Assembly (NCBI GenBank): GCA_025465095.1
Contig: JAODME010000037.1
Coordinates: 27,137 to 91,136, forward strand
From: Microbacteriaceae bacterium
GTDB taxonomy: Bacteria > Actinomycetota > Actinomycetes > Actinomycetales > Microbacteriaceae
Direction of reading: 5' to 3'
DNA: 64,000 bases
In this document: positions 19,470-30,394 of the stretch, in pieces
Layout: every line of letters starts with the position of its first letter
Numbering within the stretch: position 1 is the first letter of the stretch
Notes under the pieces: generated by a model
Told to the model about the DNA's origin: nothing
The model's database searches: none
What the model saw: the letters and a program-made list of their open reading frames with translations, nothing else
Position numbers and translations under genes: made by a program

Positions 19470-20876
19470 ATGCAGGTATTCAACTATTCCGGACCCGAGT
19501 TCAACCCCTACGACGAGGACCGTCAGACCGCGGACCGCGAGCCCGGCCCGTGGGCCGCGCCCGCGGCATCCGGACCGCTGTCGGCGGAGCTCACACTGCC
19601 CGGATCGAAGTCGCTCACCAACCGGGAGCTGGTGCTTTCGGCGCTCGCGGACGCACCATCGACCCTGCGAGCACCGCTGCGCTCCCGCGACTCGTCGCTC
19701 ATGATCGAGGCGCTGCGGTCGCTCGGCACGAGAGTCGAGGAGATCGGTGACGGCGAGTTCGGCCCTGACCTCCGCATTACGCCCGGCGAACTGAGCGGCG
19801 GTGCCTCGATCGACTGCGGGCTCGCCGGCACGGTCATGCGCTTCCTGCCTCCCGTCGCGGCGCTCGCGCTCGGGCCGGTCTCGTTCGACGGTGACGAGGG
19901 GGCACGCAGGCGTCCGATGCGCACCACGATCGACTCGCTTCGCGCGCTCGGCGTGGACGTCAGCGACGACGGGCGCGGACGGCTGCCCTTCAACCTGTAC
20001 GGAACCGGCCAGGTCGCCGGCGGTGAACTCGCGATCGACGCGTCGGCCTCGAGCCAGTTCGTGTCCGGACTTCTCCTCGCCGCCCCCCGGTTCACCGGAG
20101 GACTCGACCTCAGGCACATGGGCGCGGTGCTGCCAAGCCTGCCGCACATCGAGATGACGATCGCCGCGCTGCGCGCACGCGGCGTCAACGTGCACACCCC
20201 GGAGCCGGGGCACTGGATCGTCGAGCCCGGGCCAGTCGCCGGGATCGAGGCGCGAATCGAACCCGACCTGTCGAACGCCGCGCCGTTCCTCATCTCGGCG
20301 ATCGTCGCGGGGGGAACCGTTCGAATCTCCGGCTGGCCGGAGTCGACGACGCAAGTCGGTGCCGACCTCGAACGACTCCTCCCCCTCTGGGGCGCCGTGG
20401 TGACCCGATCGGCGGGCTCTCTGCTCATCGACGGAGGAGCCGGCGCGGTGGGCGGCGTCAAGCTCCCCGGCGTCGACCTCGACCTCAGCACCGGTGGCGA
20501 ACTCGCCCCCGCCATCGTCGCCCTGATGGCGCTGGCGGAGGGACCGAGCCGAATCATCGGGATCGGGCACCTGCGCGGGCACGAAACCGATCGGCTGGCG
20601 GCTCTCGCTGCCAATCTCACAGCGCTCGGTGGATCAGTGCGGGAACTCGACGACGGCCTCGAGATCGAACCGCGGCCACTCGTCGCGGGCCCGTGGAAGG
20701 CGTGGGACGACCACCGGATGGCGCACGCCGGAGCGATCATCGGTCTCGCCGTGCCGGGCATCCTGATCGACGACATCGGCTCGACGGCCAAGACCATGCC
20801 CGAATTTCCCCAGTTGTGGCTGCGCACTGTCGATGCCGCCCCGTCGTCGACCGACGACCCGCTCAGCATCTTCTGA
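19470..20876 (+). CDS. aroA: 3-phosphoshikimate 1-carboxyvinyltransferase (EPSP synthase)
   Basis: [54 protein letters not shown]. Confidence 0.9.
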   Translation: MQVFNYSGPEFNPYDEDRQTADREPGPWAAPAASGPLSAELTLPGSKSLTNRELVLSALADAPSTLRAPLRSRDSSLMIEALRSLGTRVEEIGDGEFGPDLRITPGELSGGASIDCGLAGTVMRFLPPVAALALGPVSFDGDEGARRRPMRTTIDSLRALGVDVSDDGRGRLPFNLYGTGQVAGGELAIDASASSQFVSGLLLAAPRFTGGLDLRHMGAVLPSLPHIEMTIAALRARGVNVHTPEPGHWIVEPGPVAGIEARIEPDLSNAAPFLISAIVAGGTVRISGWPESTTQVGADLERLLPLWGAVVTRSAGSLLIDGGAGAVGGVKLPGVDLDLSTGGELAPAIVALMALAEGPSRIIGIGHLRGHETDRLAALAANLTALGGSVRELDDGLEIEPRPLVAGPWKAWDDHRMAHAGAIIGLAVPGILIDDIGSTAKTMPEFPQLWLRTVDAAPSSTDDPLSIF

Positions 20877-20878
20877 CC

Positions 20879-21904
20879 ATGAGCTGGCTCACCGACGACG
20901 GCGACGACGATCACGACAAGTACGCCGACTACGAGGCAAAGTCGCGCCCGAACCCGAAGGGCAACCGGGCGCGCACCAAGATCCGGCCCGAGCACAAGGA
21001 CGCGGTCACCGGCCGGGTGTTGACCGTCGACCGGGGGCGCTACTCCGTGCTGGTTGGCGAGGGCACGGAGGACGAGCACGAGGCGACCGCGTCCCGGGCG
21101 AGCGAATTGCGCAAGCAGGCGGTTGTCACGGGCGACCGGGTCGACCTTGTCGGCGACACGACCGGTGACGAGGGCAGCCTGTCCCGGATCGTGCGCATCC
21201 AGGAACGCGCGACGTTGCTGCGCAGGAGTGCGGACGACTCGGACGAGGTGGAGCGCATCATCGTGGCGAACGCCGACCAGATGCTGATCGTCGTGGCCGC
21301 GGCGAATCCTGAGCCCCGCCCGCGTCTCGTCGACCGGTATCTCGTCGCCGCGTTCGACGCGGGCATCACCCCGATCCTCTGCATCACCAAGACCGATCTG
21401 GTCGACCCGACGCCGTTCCTTGCGAACTTCGTCGGCCTCGACATCATCGTCGTGCAGAGCGCAGAGAACCAGTGGCCGGTCGAGGTGCTGACCGCCCTCC
21501 TGAGCAACCACTCGACCGTCGCCGTCGGTCACTCCGGCGTCGGTAAGTCGACCCTCGTCAACGCGCTCGTGCCCGACGCGAATCGGGCGATCGGCAGGGT
21601 CAACACGGTGACCGGTCGCGGGCGGCACACGTCATCGTCGACCATCTCGCTTCGCGTCGGCGACGGCTGGATCATCGACACGCCCGGGGTGCGGAGCTTC
21701 GGCCTCGGGCATGTGAACCCCGACAACATCCTGCGCTCCTTCACCGATCTCGCGAGCGTAGCCGAAGAGTGCCCGCGCGGCTGCACCCACCTCCCGGACT
21801 CCCCCGATTGCGCGATCATGGAACGCGTAGAAGCGGGCGACCTCGGCGAGATCGGCAAGCTCAGGCTCGATTCGTTCCAACGGCTCCTCGCCTCGCTCGG
21901 TTGA
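20879..21904 (+). CDS. rsgA: ribosome small-subunit-dependent GTPase A
   Basis: Circularly permuted GTPase: ILCITKTDL, then VGHSGVGKSTLVNAL, then a Zn knuckle CPRGCTHLPDSPDC. Confidence 0.9.
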   Translation: MSWLTDDGDDDHDKYADYEAKSRPNPKGNRARTKIRPEHKDAVTGRVLTVDRGRYSVLVGEGTEDEHEATASRASELRKQAVVTGDRVDLVGDTTGDEGSLSRIVRIQERATLLRRSADDSDEVERIIVANADQMLIVVAAANPEPRPRLVDRYLVAAFDAGITPILCITKTDLVDPTPFLANFVGLDIIVVQSAENQWPVEVLTALLSNHSTVAVGHSGVGKSTLVNALVPDANRAIGRVNTVTGRGRHTSSSTISLRVGDGWIIDTPGVRSFGLGHVNPDNILRSFTDLASVAEECPRGCTHLPDSPDCAIMERVEAGDLGEIGKLRLDSFQRLLASLG

Positions 21905-21925
21905 GCGCGCCGATAGCCTTAGGAC

Positions 21926-22732
21926 GTGACCGACTACTCCCTCCAATCTGACCTGCAGCTGGCCCGCGAACTCGCGGACATGGCCGACTCGATCTCCGCA
22001 GAACGATTCCGGGCGAACGACCTGCTCGTGACTATGAAGCCGGACATGACACACGTGACGGATGCCGACAGGGCGGTCGAGGCGGCGATCAGAGGTGGTC
22101 TCGCCGATTCGCGGCCAGACGACGGAGTTCTCGGAGAGGAGTTCGGCACGGAGCAGGGAACTGACGCTCGGAGGCAGTGGATCATCGACCCGATCGACGG
22201 AACCGCGAACTACGTGCGCGGCATTCCGGTGTGGGCCACGCTCATCTCCCTCGCGGTCGACGACGTCCCGGTCGTCGGAGTCGTGAGCGCACCCGCGCTC
22301 GGTCAGCGCTGGTGGGCCGCCCGCGGTCAGGGCGCCTGGACGAGCGAGAAGATCTCCGAGACGGAGCGGCGCGAGCGGCGCATCTTCGTCTCCGGGGTGA
22401 CCGAGCTCGCCGACGCCTCCCTCAGCTACAACAGCCTCAAGGGATGGGACGAGCACGGACGGCTCGATCGGCTCATCGCCCTTTCTCGTGAGGTGTGGCG
22501 CACTCGCGCTTACGGCGACATGTGGTCCTACATGATGGTGGCCGAGGGTCTCGTCGACATCGCGGGAGAGTTCGATCTTCAGCCGTACGACATGGCCGCC
22601 CTCGTGCCCATCGTCGAGGAAGCGGGCGGTGCTTTCACCTCGGCCGGCGGCACCCCGGGCCCCTGGCACGGTTCGGCCCTCGCAACGAACGGCCACCTGC
22701 ATGAAGCGGTGTTGAAGCTGCTGAACGAGTAG
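21926..22732 (+). CDS. hisN: histidinol-phosphatase (inositol monophosphatase family, HisN)
   Basis: IMPase motifs GEEFG, WIIDPIDGTANYVRGIPVWATL and WDMAALVPIVEEAGG-like. Synteny follows aroA-rsgA. Confidence 0.8.
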   Translation: MTDYSLQSDLQLARELADMADSISAERFRANDLLVTMKPDMTHVTDADRAVEAAIRGGLADSRPDDGVLGEEFGTEQGTDARRQWIIDPIDGTANYVRGIPVWATLISLAVDDVPVVGVVSAPALGQRWWAARGQGAWTSEKISETERRERRIFVSGVTELADASLSYNSLKGWDEHGRLDRLIALSREVWRTRAYGDMWSYMMVAEGLVDIAGEFDLQPYDMAALVPIVEEAGGAFTSAGGTPGPWHGSALATNGHLHEAVLKLLNE

Positions 22733-24196
22733 TCATTCCGCTGCCAGCTGCCGGCGCTTACGCAGGTCGACCAGTGCGAAGGCGAGGGCGACGACGAAGA
22801 GCGCGATCGACACTAGCGCGCCGTTGCGGAACCCGTCGTGGTAGGTAGTGATCGAGTCCGTCTCGCCGGCCTCCCGGTAGAGGGTCGCGAAGAAGGTGGA
22901 TGTCGCGGCCGCCACGCCGATCGCCGTGCCCACTCTCTGCCCGACCTGGGCCATCGACCCCGCCACGCCCCCCATCGCGACCGGCACGTCGGCGAGTGTG
23001 AGCGTCTGGTTGGGCGAGATGACGAAGCCGCCGCCGGCGCCGGCGACGGTCATCGCCGCGGCCATGTACCACGGCGACAGCTCGGGGGGAAGAAGGACCG
23101 CGGCGCAGACGACGAGGCCGAATCCGACGATCACGGCGATGAGCCCCGCGACGACGAGCATTCGCCCATAGGTCTCGACGAGCCGCCCGCCGATCCAGGA
23201 CGTCACCGCGGAGGCGAGGGCGAAGGTGATGCTGACCATCCCGGCGTAGACCGGCTCAATACCCAGCCCCTGCTGCAGATAGAGGGTTGACAGCAGGAAC
23301 AGCGCGGGCATGGCGCCGAAGTACGCGCTCGCGACGAGGAGTCCGTTCCGGTAGGAGCTATCCCGGAACAGAGCGAAGTGCACCACCGGCGACCTGCCGA
23401 GCCGCTGGTAGCGCCTCTCCCAGGAGATGAACAGCGCGCTGGCCGCGACGAAGGCGAGAAGCCACAGCCACCGGCGCGGGTCGTCGCCTGGTCCGCCCGT
23501 GGTGAGCACGAACGGCAGCATGAGGCTGAGGGTCGCGACGCCCAGCAGCAGGATCCCGATGAGGTCGAGCTCGGTCTTCTGGCGGCCGCCTTTTCGCCCG
23601 GGAAGCAGGCGGATCGCGAATACCAGCGCTACCACGCCCAGCGGCACGTTCATCCAGAACAGCAGGCGCCATCCGTTCAGGTCGCCGCCGACCGCGATGA
23701 GCAGTCCGCCGAGCGTCGGCCCGAGCGCGGTGGAGAGCCCGATCGTGGCCCCGAACACCCCGAAGACGCGTCCGCGTTCCTTGCCCCGGAACAGCTGTTG
23801 CAGCAACCCGAGGATCTGAGGCATTTGGATGCCAGCGGCGACGCCCTGCATCGCGCGGGAGACGAGAAGGAAGGTGATGTCAGGGGCGATCGCGCAGAGC
23901 ACGCTCGAGAACGTGAACAGGCTGAGGCCGATGACGAACATCAGCTTTCGAGAGTGCACGTCGCCGAGCCGGCCGGCGGGAACCAGCGCGAGTCCGAACG
24001 CGAGCGCATAGCCGGCGACGATCAGCTGGAGTTCGGAGGGTCCGGCTCCGAGCGAATCCTCGATCGACGGGAGCCCCACATTCACCTTGGACAGGTCGAG
24101 GATGGTGAGCGCCGCGGCGGCGACACACACCGCGAAGACCCTCCAACGGGTGCGATCGGATTCGGCACGCGCGGAATCGGAAGTGATATCAGTCAT
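22733..24196 (-). CDS. MFS transporter, 14-TM DHA2/EmrB-like drug:H+ antiporter
   Basis: LDLSKVNVGLPSI, GRLGDVHSRKLMFVIGL (motif A-like), 14 hydrophobic segments. Start at ATG-24196. Confidence 0.8.
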   Translation of the reverse strand: MTDITSDSARAESDRTRWRVFAVCVAAAALTILDLSKVNVGLPSIEDSLGAGPSELQLIVAGYALAFGLALVPAGRLGDVHSRKLMFVIGLSLFTFSSVLCAIAPDITFLLVSRAMQGVAAGIQMPQILGLLQQLFRGKERGRVFGVFGATIGLSTALGPTLGGLLIAVGGDLNGWRLLFWMNVPLGVVALVFAIRLLPGRKGGRQKTELDLIGILLLGVATLSLMLPFVLTTGGPGDDPRRWLWLLAFVAASALFISWERRYQRLGRSPVVHFALFRDSSYRNGLLVASAYFGAMPALFLLSTLYLQQGLGIEPVYAGMVSITFALASAVTSWIGGRLVETYGRMLVVAGLIAVIVGFGLVVCAAVLLPPELSPWYMAAAMTVAGAGGGFVISPNQTLTLADVPVAMGGVAGSMAQVGQRVGTAIGVAAATSTFFATLYREAGETDSITTYHDGFRNGALVSIALFVVALAFALVDLRKRRQLAAE

Positions 24197-24500
24197 GAGG
24201 TCTACTTCAGTTATACCCTGCGCCGCCGAGCGGCGGGGCCTGGTGGGGCCGCCTGGCCGACCGAGTATCCGCATCGGCGTTCGTGACGGGTCCGTCCTGA
24301 CTCTCGATGCCGCTGCGGCGGTTCACGATGCCCGCCGACATCGAATCGACGTCCACGATCGTCCGGCAACCGGCCGTTACGACGCCGACCATCGGGCGTG
24401 CCTCGAGCTACGGGGCTGCCGTGCGTGAGCACAGCGCGATTACCTGGGGAGCAGCACCCGGGTAGGAGGCGATTGCCCAACAGCGCGCGACGCCGACCGA

Positions 24501-24892
24501 TGGTGGAGATGGGGGGAATTGAACCCCCGTCCACTGCTGTGGTCCTGTGCCTTCTACGGGTGTAGCCAGTGAAGTCGTTCTACTCGGCTCCGTCATTCGC
24601 CACTGGCATCTATGACGACAAGCCCAGCCCTGGTTGAAGTCCCTCGTAGCCCTCAGGCTTAGCTACGAAGCAATCTCTCTAAATTACGCCAGAACCCGGG
24701 TAGAGAGCATTCCGGACTGACGGTCTCTATTAGTTGCTGAGGAGACTACGCCGCGAGGGCGAAGTCAGCCTTGGCAGAGACAGTGCTGTTTGATTTGGCA
24801 CTTATATTTTGCAGAGATCGTTTACGAGATAACCCTGCATCCTCGACCCGCTTCTCACAGTTGCGCAGGCAATGTCGAAACCGATCATCCCC
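24501..24892 (-). ncRNA. ssrA: tmRNA (SsrA)
   Basis: The minus strand reads 5' GGGGATGATCGGTTTCGAC ... GGACGGGGGTTCAATTCCCCCCATCTCCACCA 3' (tRNA-Ala-like acceptor/T-arm). The internal tag ORF GCC AAA TCA ... GCG GCG TAG encodes AKSNSTVSAKADFALAA (24746-24799). It sits directly downstream of smpB. Confidence 0.95.
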
Positions 24893-25142
24893 ATGAGCAC
24901 CTGACATCCGATTCTCCATGAAGTCGGATGCTGAAGGTGGCGGCAGTCGCGCGCTGTTGAATTGTCAATCGCTGCGCTTATCCGGCGCAGCCCTCTATCT
25001 TACGATAGATTCTGCTGACAAACCAGCATCTCTCGCGACGAATCCAGGCCCGCTCGTTTCCAGCGCGCCCCGTCGACCGGCAGCGGTTGCCGCATCCGGG
25101 CGAGCACGACGCGATCTCGGCGCTCGCGTGACGACCTGCCGT

Positions 25143-25619
25143 TCAGTCGCCGAGGTTCCGGCGTGCCCCCATAGCGCGATCGGCCTCACGCTTGTCCTGG
25201 CGCTCCCGCAGCGTCTGCCGCTTGTCGAACTCACGCTTGCCCTTGGCGACCGCTATCTCGACCTTCGCTCGACCGTCGCTGAAGTAGATCGAGAGCGGGA
25301 CAATCGTGTACCCGCCCTCCTTGATCTTGTTATGAATCTTCAGAATTTGTTGCTTGTGCAGTAGCAGCTTGCGCTTGCGCCGGGGTGGATGGTTGTTCCA
25401 CGTGCCCTCGTTGTACTCGGGAATGTGCACGGCGTCGAGCCAGGCCTCGCCGGCCTCCACGAACGCGTAGCCGTCGATGAGCGACGCGCGACCCGCTCGC
25501 AACGACTTCACCTCGGTGCCGGTGAGAACGAGGCCGGCCTCGAAGGTGTCCTCGATCGTGTAGTCGTGGCGGGCCTTGCGATTGCTGGCCACGACCTTCT
25601 GGCCACGCTCCCTGGGCAT
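25143..25619 (-). CDS. smpB: SsrA-binding protein
   Basis: [32 protein letters not shown] and [11 protein letters not shown]. Confidence 0.95.
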   Translation of the reverse strand: MPRERGQKVVASNRKARHDYTIEDTFEAGLVLTGTEVKSLRAGRASLIDGYAFVEAGEAWLDAVHIPEYNEGTWNNHPPRRKRKLLLHKQQILKIHNKIKEGGYTIVPLSIYFSDGRAKVEIAVAKGKREFDKRQTLRERQDKREADRAMGARRNLGD

Positions 25620-25682
25620 ACTTCTCTCCTGTCGCTCGCCCGCGGTGCGGGCAGCCCCACAGTCTAGCCGCAGGCCATGACG

Positions 25683-26597
25683 CTAGACCTTCAAGTACCT
25701 GCTGATAGCCACGTTGGCAGAGGCCGCGGCGAGCACTACCCCGACGAGCAGCAGGATAGGTGCGACGAGCAGGGCCTCACTCATTCCGATAACGGCCGTT
25801 GTCGTCTGCAGGGTCGACCCGAGATAGCCCTGGACGAAGAACCGCACGATCGCGAGTACCGCACCAGCGGCGAGCACTGACCCGATGAGCGCGGCGATCA
25901 CGCCCTCGAGGATGAACGGGGTCTGAATGAACCGATTGGAGGCACCGACGAGGCGCATGATGCCGAGTTCCCTGCGTCGCGAGAAAGCAGAGAGCCGAAT
26001 GGTCGTGGCGATCAGCAGCACCGCCGCGACGAGCATGAGCGAGGCGATGCCGATCGCCGTGAAGCTGGCGGCGTTGAGCGCGGCAAAGATCGGATCTAGG
26101 TACTTGCGCTGATCTTTCACTTCCTCGACGCCCGCGAGTCCGGACAGGCTCTCCACGAGGGCGTCGGACTGGGTCGGGTCGTTGAGGTTCACCCAGAACG
26201 CCTCGTTGAGGAACTCGGGACTGACGAAGTCGGCGAACTCGTTGTCGGAAAACTGCTCCTGATAGCGGGCGTAGGCCTGCTCGTGGCTCTCGAACTCGTA
26301 CCGATCGATGAGCGCCGCGAGACCGGGCGACTGCAGCTGGGCCTCGACGAAGTTCTTCTGGTCGGGAGTGGCCTCGACGAGGTTGCACTCCCCCACGGAG
26401 GAGGCCGTGCAGAAGTAGACGGCGACCTGGGCGCGATCGTACCAGTAGCCCTTCATCTGCCCGATCTGCGCTTGCAGGAGGATCGCGGCACCGACGAAGG
26501 TCAAGGAAATGAAGGTGACCAGGATCACGGAGATCACCATGGTGATGTTGCGTCGCAGGCCGTTGCCGACCTCGGACATGATCAGCCCGAACCTCAC
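25683..26597 (-). CDS. ftsX: cell-division ABC transporter permease FtsX
   Basis: 4-TM FtsX topology with a large extracytoplasmic loop. Motifs [22 protein letters not shown] and [16 protein letters not shown]-26597 overlaps the ftsE stop (GTGA). Confidence 0.9.
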   Translation of the reverse strand: MRFGLIMSEVGNGLRRNITMVISVILVTFISLTFVGAAILLQAQIGQMKGYWYDRAQVAVYFCTASSVGECNLVEATPDQKNFVEAQLQSPGLAALIDRYEFESHEQAYARYQEQFSDNEFADFVSPEFLNEAFWVNLNDPTQSDALVESLSGLAGVEEVKDQRKYLDPIFAALNAASFTAIGIASLMLVAAVLLIATTIRLSAFSRRRELGIMRLVGASNRFIQTPFILEGVIAALIGSVLAAGAVLAIVRFFVQGYLGSTLQTTTAVIGMSEALLVAPILLLVGVVLAAASANVAISRYLKV

Positions 26598-27403
26598 GGA
26601 GCAAACCTCCGGACAGGCGCCGGTGTGGTTGCCGTGGGCACTTGACTTTGCGGCACGGGGTCGTGCGTGTGCGCCAGTCCGTCGGACGACTCACGAGGAG
26701 ACGCCTGCAGCGGAATCGCCTGGGTCTGGTAGCCGCCCTGTCGCTCGTCACGCACGATCTGGCCGCTGACCAACTCGATCACGCGACGTTTCATCTGGTC
26801 GACGATTCCGGCGTCATGGGTGGCCATGATCACGGTGGTCCCGCTCGAGGAGATTCGCTCGAGGAGGGTCATGATGCCGGCACTGGTGGAGGGGTCGAGG
26901 TTTCCGGTCGGCTCGTCGGCGAGCAGGATTGCAGGCTTGTTGACGATCGCGCGCGCGATGGCGACGCGCTGCTGTTCCCCGCCCGAGAGCTCGTGCGGCA
27001 GCCGACTCGCCTTGCCTGCGAGACCAACCATCTTCAGCACGTCTGGCACGGCTTCCTGAATGAAGCCCTTGCTCTTTCCGATCACCTGCATTGAGAATGC
27101 GACGTTGCCGAATACGGTCTTCTGCGGCAGGAGCCGGAAGTCCTGGAACACGACGCCGAGGTTGCGGCGGAAGTAGGGAACTTTGCGACTGGTGAGGCGA
27201 CCGAGGTCCTGCCCGAGCACGTGGATGCGCCCCTTGCTCGGGTTCTCCTCCTTGAGCACGAGGCGCAAAAAGCTCGACTTGCCGGACCCGGAGGCCCCCA
27301 CGAGAAAGACGAACTCCCCCTTGAGGATCTCGAGGGTCACCGAGTTGAGTGCCGGGCGGGAGTTCCCCGCATAAAGCTTCGTTACCTGATCAAACCGAAT
27401 CAT
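26594..27403 (-). CDS. ftsE: cell-division ATP-binding protein FtsE with a ~45-aa C-terminal tail
   Basis: [11 protein letters not shown], Walker [10 protein letters not shown], signature [14 protein letters not shown], Walker [13 protein letters not shown]. Confidence 0.9.
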   Translation of the reverse strand: MIRFDQVTKLYAGNSRPALNSVTLEILKGEFVFLVGASGSGKSSFLRLVLKEENPSKGRIHVLGQDLGRLTSRKVPYFRRNLGVVFQDFRLLPQKTVFGNVAFSMQVIGKSKGFIQEAVPDVLKMVGLAGKASRLPHELSGGEQQRVAIARAIVNKPAILLADEPTGNLDPSTSAGIMTLLERISSSGTTVIMATHDAGIVDQMKRRVIELVSGQIVRDERQGGYQTQAIPLQASPRESSDGLAHTHDPVPQSQVPTATTPAPVRRFAP

Positions 27404-27500
27404 TTCCTGACGAGCCTAATCAGGTTGGGCGCGACAGGGGTGAGCGACAGGCAGAAACCGCGCATCGCGCCATCCGCTCGCCACGGATGGCGTCCCCGTG

Positions 27501-28607
27501 CTACTCCGTGTCGCGCTTCCGCCACTTGATACCGGCGTTGATGAATCCGTCGAGGTCGCCGTCGAAGACGCTCGACGGGTTGTTGACCTCGTACTCGGTG
27601 CGCAGGTCCTTCACCATCTGGTAGGGCGCGAGCACATAGGAACGCATCTGGTCACCCCAGCTGGCCGTTATGTTTCCGGCCAGTTCCTTCTTGGCGGCCG
27701 CCTCCTGCTCGCGTTGCAGGATGAGCAGCCGGCTCTGCAGCACCCGCATCGCCGCGGCCCTATTCTGAATCTGGCTCTTCTCGTTCTGCATCGACACGAC
27801 GATTCCCGTCGGAAGGTGAGTCAGTCGCACGGCAGAGTCGGTCGTGTTGACCGACTGTCCGCCAGGCCCGCTCGAGCGAAATACGTCGACGCGGATGTCA
27901 TTCTCCGGCACCTCGATGGCGCCAGCCTCCTCGATGAGCGGGATGACCTCGACCGCCGCAAAGCTCGTCTGGCGCTTGCCAGCTGAGTTGAAGGGGCTCA
28001 TCCGCACAAGCCGGTGCGTTCCCGCCTCCACACTCAGGGTGCCGAACGCGTAGGGCGCGTCGATCTCGAACGTCGTGGACTTGATGCCCGCCTCTTCGGC
28101 ATAGCTCGTGTCCATGATGGTGGTCGGGAACTTGTGCTGCTCGGCCCAGCGCAGGTACATGCGCTGCAACATCTCGGCGAAGTCGGCGGCGTCCACGCCA
28201 CCCGCACCCGCGCGGATCGTGACGACTGCGGGATGCGCGTCCCATTCCCCATTGAGCAGCGTCTGCACCTCGAGGTCGCCGAGCACCTTCTGGATGCTCG
28301 CCAGTTCGTCCTGCGCCTCGCGCGCCGATTCGTCGTCGCCTGCCTCGTTCGCCATCTCGACGAGCACCTCGAGGTCGTCGAGCCGCGATGCGATGCTCGT
28401 GATGCGCGCGAGATCGGACTGCCGGTGGCTCAGCGCGCTGGTGATCTTCTGCGCCGCATCCGGATCGTCCCAGAGATCCGGCACGCCGGCCTGCTCGCTA
28501 AGATCTGCAATCTCGGCTTCGAGCCTCTCTACACCCACGACAGAGCGGATGTCCGCGAAGGTCGAACGGAGGGCAGCGATCTGTTCAGAAATATCGAGGT
28601 CGGTCAT
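27501..28607 (-). CDS. prfB: peptide chain release factor 2 (single uninterrupted ORF)
   Basis: SPF tripeptide (RMSPFNS), GGQ motif ([24 protein letters not shown]). 368 aa from a plausible N-terminus. Confidence 0.95.
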   Translation of the reverse strand: MTDLDISEQIAALRSTFADIRSVVGVERLEAEIADLSEQAGVPDLWDDPDAAQKITSALSHRQSDLARITSIASRLDDLEVLVEMANEAGDDESAREAQDELASIQKVLGDLEVQTLLNGEWDAHPAVVTIRAGAGGVDAADFAEMLQRMYLRWAEQHKFPTTIMDTSYAEEAGIKSTTFEIDAPYAFGTLSVEAGTHRLVRMSPFNSAGKRQTSFAAVEVIPLIEEAGAIEVPENDIRVDVFRSSGPGGQSVNTTDSAVRLTHLPTGIVVSMQNEKSQIQNRAAAMRVLQSRLLILQREQEAAAKKELAGNITASWGDQMRSYVLAPYQMVKDLRTEYEVNNPSSVFDGDLDGFINAGIKWRKRDTE

Positions 28608-28698
28608 ATCGCCCCAAGCCTACCGGCGCTGGTAGGACCCCGGCCTCGCAGGGCCTCGCAATCCTCCTGCCGTCGCTGGGACTAGCATCAATCAAGTC

Positions 28699-29946
28699 AT
28701 GTCGAACGCCACGCCTCCTTTCCGCTGGCAGTCGGTGGCCCTCCCGGCATTCCTTCCCACCCTGCTGTTCTCGATCGGCGAGGGCGCCATCATCCCGATC
28801 ATCCCGATCGTCGCCGATTCTCTCGGCGCGAGCCTCGCGCTCGCGGGGCTCATTGCGGCGATGATCATGGTCGGCGAGTTGATGGGCGACATCCCGAGCG
28901 GCTGGCTCGTCAGCCGCATCGGCGAGCGCACCGCCATGATCGGCGCGTCCCTGGTGGCCGTCGTCGGCCTCGTGCTCGCCTCCTATGCGCCGAACACCTG
29001 GATCCTCGGCGTCGGCGTATTGCTCATCGGGATCGCCACCGCGACATTCGCCCTCGCCCGGCACGCGTTCATGACCACGTACGTACCGCAGGCGTATCGC
29101 GCTCGCGCCCTGTCCAGCCTCGGCGGGACGTTTCGGCTGGGATATTTCATCGGTCCATTCATCGCGGCCGGTGTGATCCAGCTGACCGGGTCGACGACAG
29201 CGGTTTTTTGGATCCACATCGCCGGCTGCGTGGGTGCAGCCGTCGTGCTGCTGTCGCTGAAGGATCCGTCGGCGACAATCGGTGCCCGGCACGCGGCCCG
29301 CGCTCTACGCACTCCCGGCGAGGAGTTCGTGGCGGAGCAGGCGCACGGCCTGTTCCACACGATGTGGACCAATCGAGGCGTGCTCACGAAGTTGGGAACC
29401 GGGGCCGCTCTGATTGGGGCGCTCCGGGCGAGTCGCGCGGTCATCCTCCCGCTTTGGGCGGTGAGCATAGGAATCGGCGACGCAAGCACCGCCGTCATCA
29501 TCGGCATCGCAGGCGGCATCGACTTTGCGCTGTTCTATGTGAGCGGGCAGGTGATGGATCGCTTCGGTCGGCTCTGGGCTGCGCTGCCCTCGATGCTCGG
29601 CCTCGCGATCGGGCACCTCACGCTCGCGTTCAGCCATGACCTGCCGGACAACGTCGTCTGGTTCATCACCGTCGCCATGTTCCTTTCGGTCGCAAACGGT
29701 TTCGGCAGCGGCATCCTGATGACGCTCGGGGCCGATCTCGCCGACAAGAAGAACCCCGCGCCGTTCCTCGGTGCCTGGCGATTCACGGGAGATCTCGGCG
29801 GCGCGAGCGCTCCCCTGCTCGTCGCAGCGGTCACCGCGGTCGCATCGATCTCTCTCGCGAGCGGCGTGATGGGTGTGCTTGGGCTCGTGGGCGCCGGCAT
29901 CCTCCTGCGCTACGTACCGCGTTACCTCCCTCGCTCCAAGCCGTAG
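28699..29946 (+). CDS. MFS transporter (12-TM)
   Basis: 12 hydrophobic segments and a motif-A-like GWLVSRIGERTAM. Confidence 0.7.
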   Translation: MSNATPPFRWQSVALPAFLPTLLFSIGEGAIIPIIPIVADSLGASLALAGLIAAMIMVGELMGDIPSGWLVSRIGERTAMIGASLVAVVGLVLASYAPNTWILGVGVLLIGIATATFALARHAFMTTYVPQAYRARALSSLGGTFRLGYFIGPFIAAGVIQLTGSTTAVFWIHIAGCVGAAVVLLSLKDPSATIGARHAARALRTPGEEFVAEQAHGLFHTMWTNRGVLTKLGTGAALIGALRASRAVILPLWAVSIGIGDASTAVIIGIAGGIDFALFYVSGQVMDRFGRLWAALPSMLGLAIGHLTLAFSHDLPDNVVWFITVAMFLSVANGFGSGILMTLGADLADKKNPAPFLGAWRFTGDLGGASAPLLVAAVTAVASISLASGVMGVLGLVGAGILLRYVPRYLPRSKP

Positions 29947-29956
29947 CGACGCTCGA

Positions 29957-30394
29957 CTACCGGAACACCGACCGGCCAACCGCTGTCACGTCGAGCCGGA
30001 CACCGCCGGGCACGAACAGGGTCACGCCCGGTGGTCGCCAGAACGCCGACAGGGCGACCGTCGCACTCCGCCCGTCGACGCTCTCCGCTCGCTCGACCGT
30101 CAGGCCCTCGAAGCTCCTGCCGGAAGCTTGCTCGACGTAGTCGGTAACGGCCGCCGCGACATCCGCCGACGCCAGTGTCGGACGGAATCCCGTCGAAGTC
30201 GGCCTCACGTTCGCAAGGTCGAATGCCTCCGCTCCGGCGAGCGCGGCACCGTCGGCGAGCGTGAAGAGGCGCTTTCGCTCCAGGTAGAGCGAGGAGGTGG
30301 CGACGACCAACAGAATGAGCGCGAGAGACAGGGCGCCGAAGAAGATCGTGAGCAGGACGGTCGAGCCGTCGTCGTCGTGTACCGAGCGCTTCAT
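29957..30394 (-). CDS. TadG/TadE-like pseudopilin (Flp pilus assembly, Rv3654c-type position)
   Basis: DDDGSTVLLTIFFGALSLALILLVV N-terminal hydrophobic helix followed by LADGAALAGAEAF. ATG-30394 overlaps the upstream stop (ATGA). Confidence 0.6.
   Translation of the reverse strand: MKRSVHDDDGSTVLLTIFFGALSLALILLVVATSSLYLERKRLFTLADGAALAGAEAFDLANVRPTSTGFRPTLASADVAAAVTDYVEQASGRSFEGLTVERAESVDGRSATVALSAFWRPPGVTLFVPGGVRLDVTAVGRSVFR

Noticed and set aside
18627-20582. The 651-aa extended ORF containing sigH.
   Set aside because: Only the last 235 aa (from ATG-19334) form a sigma factor. The upstream part is antisense to aroA and compositionally aberrant.
19523-21628. 701-aa minus-strand ORF antisense to aroA/rsgA. 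Similar long shadow ORFs occur at 4626-6680 (+), 15652-17064 (-), 13148-14437 (+), 34455-35657 (+), 6979-8424 (-), 2872-3945 (-) and 60814-61917 (+).
   Set aside because: Their translations are Arg/Pro/Gly/Ala-rich low-complexity strings with no motifs. Each lies opposite or out of frame to a gene with clear family motifs. These are typical high-GC antisense open frames.
27501-28607. Programmed +1 frameshift in prfB.
   Set aside because: RF2 here is a single continuous 368-aa ORF from a sensible N-terminus. There is no short upstream ORF ending in an in-frame TGA, so no frameshift site is claimed.
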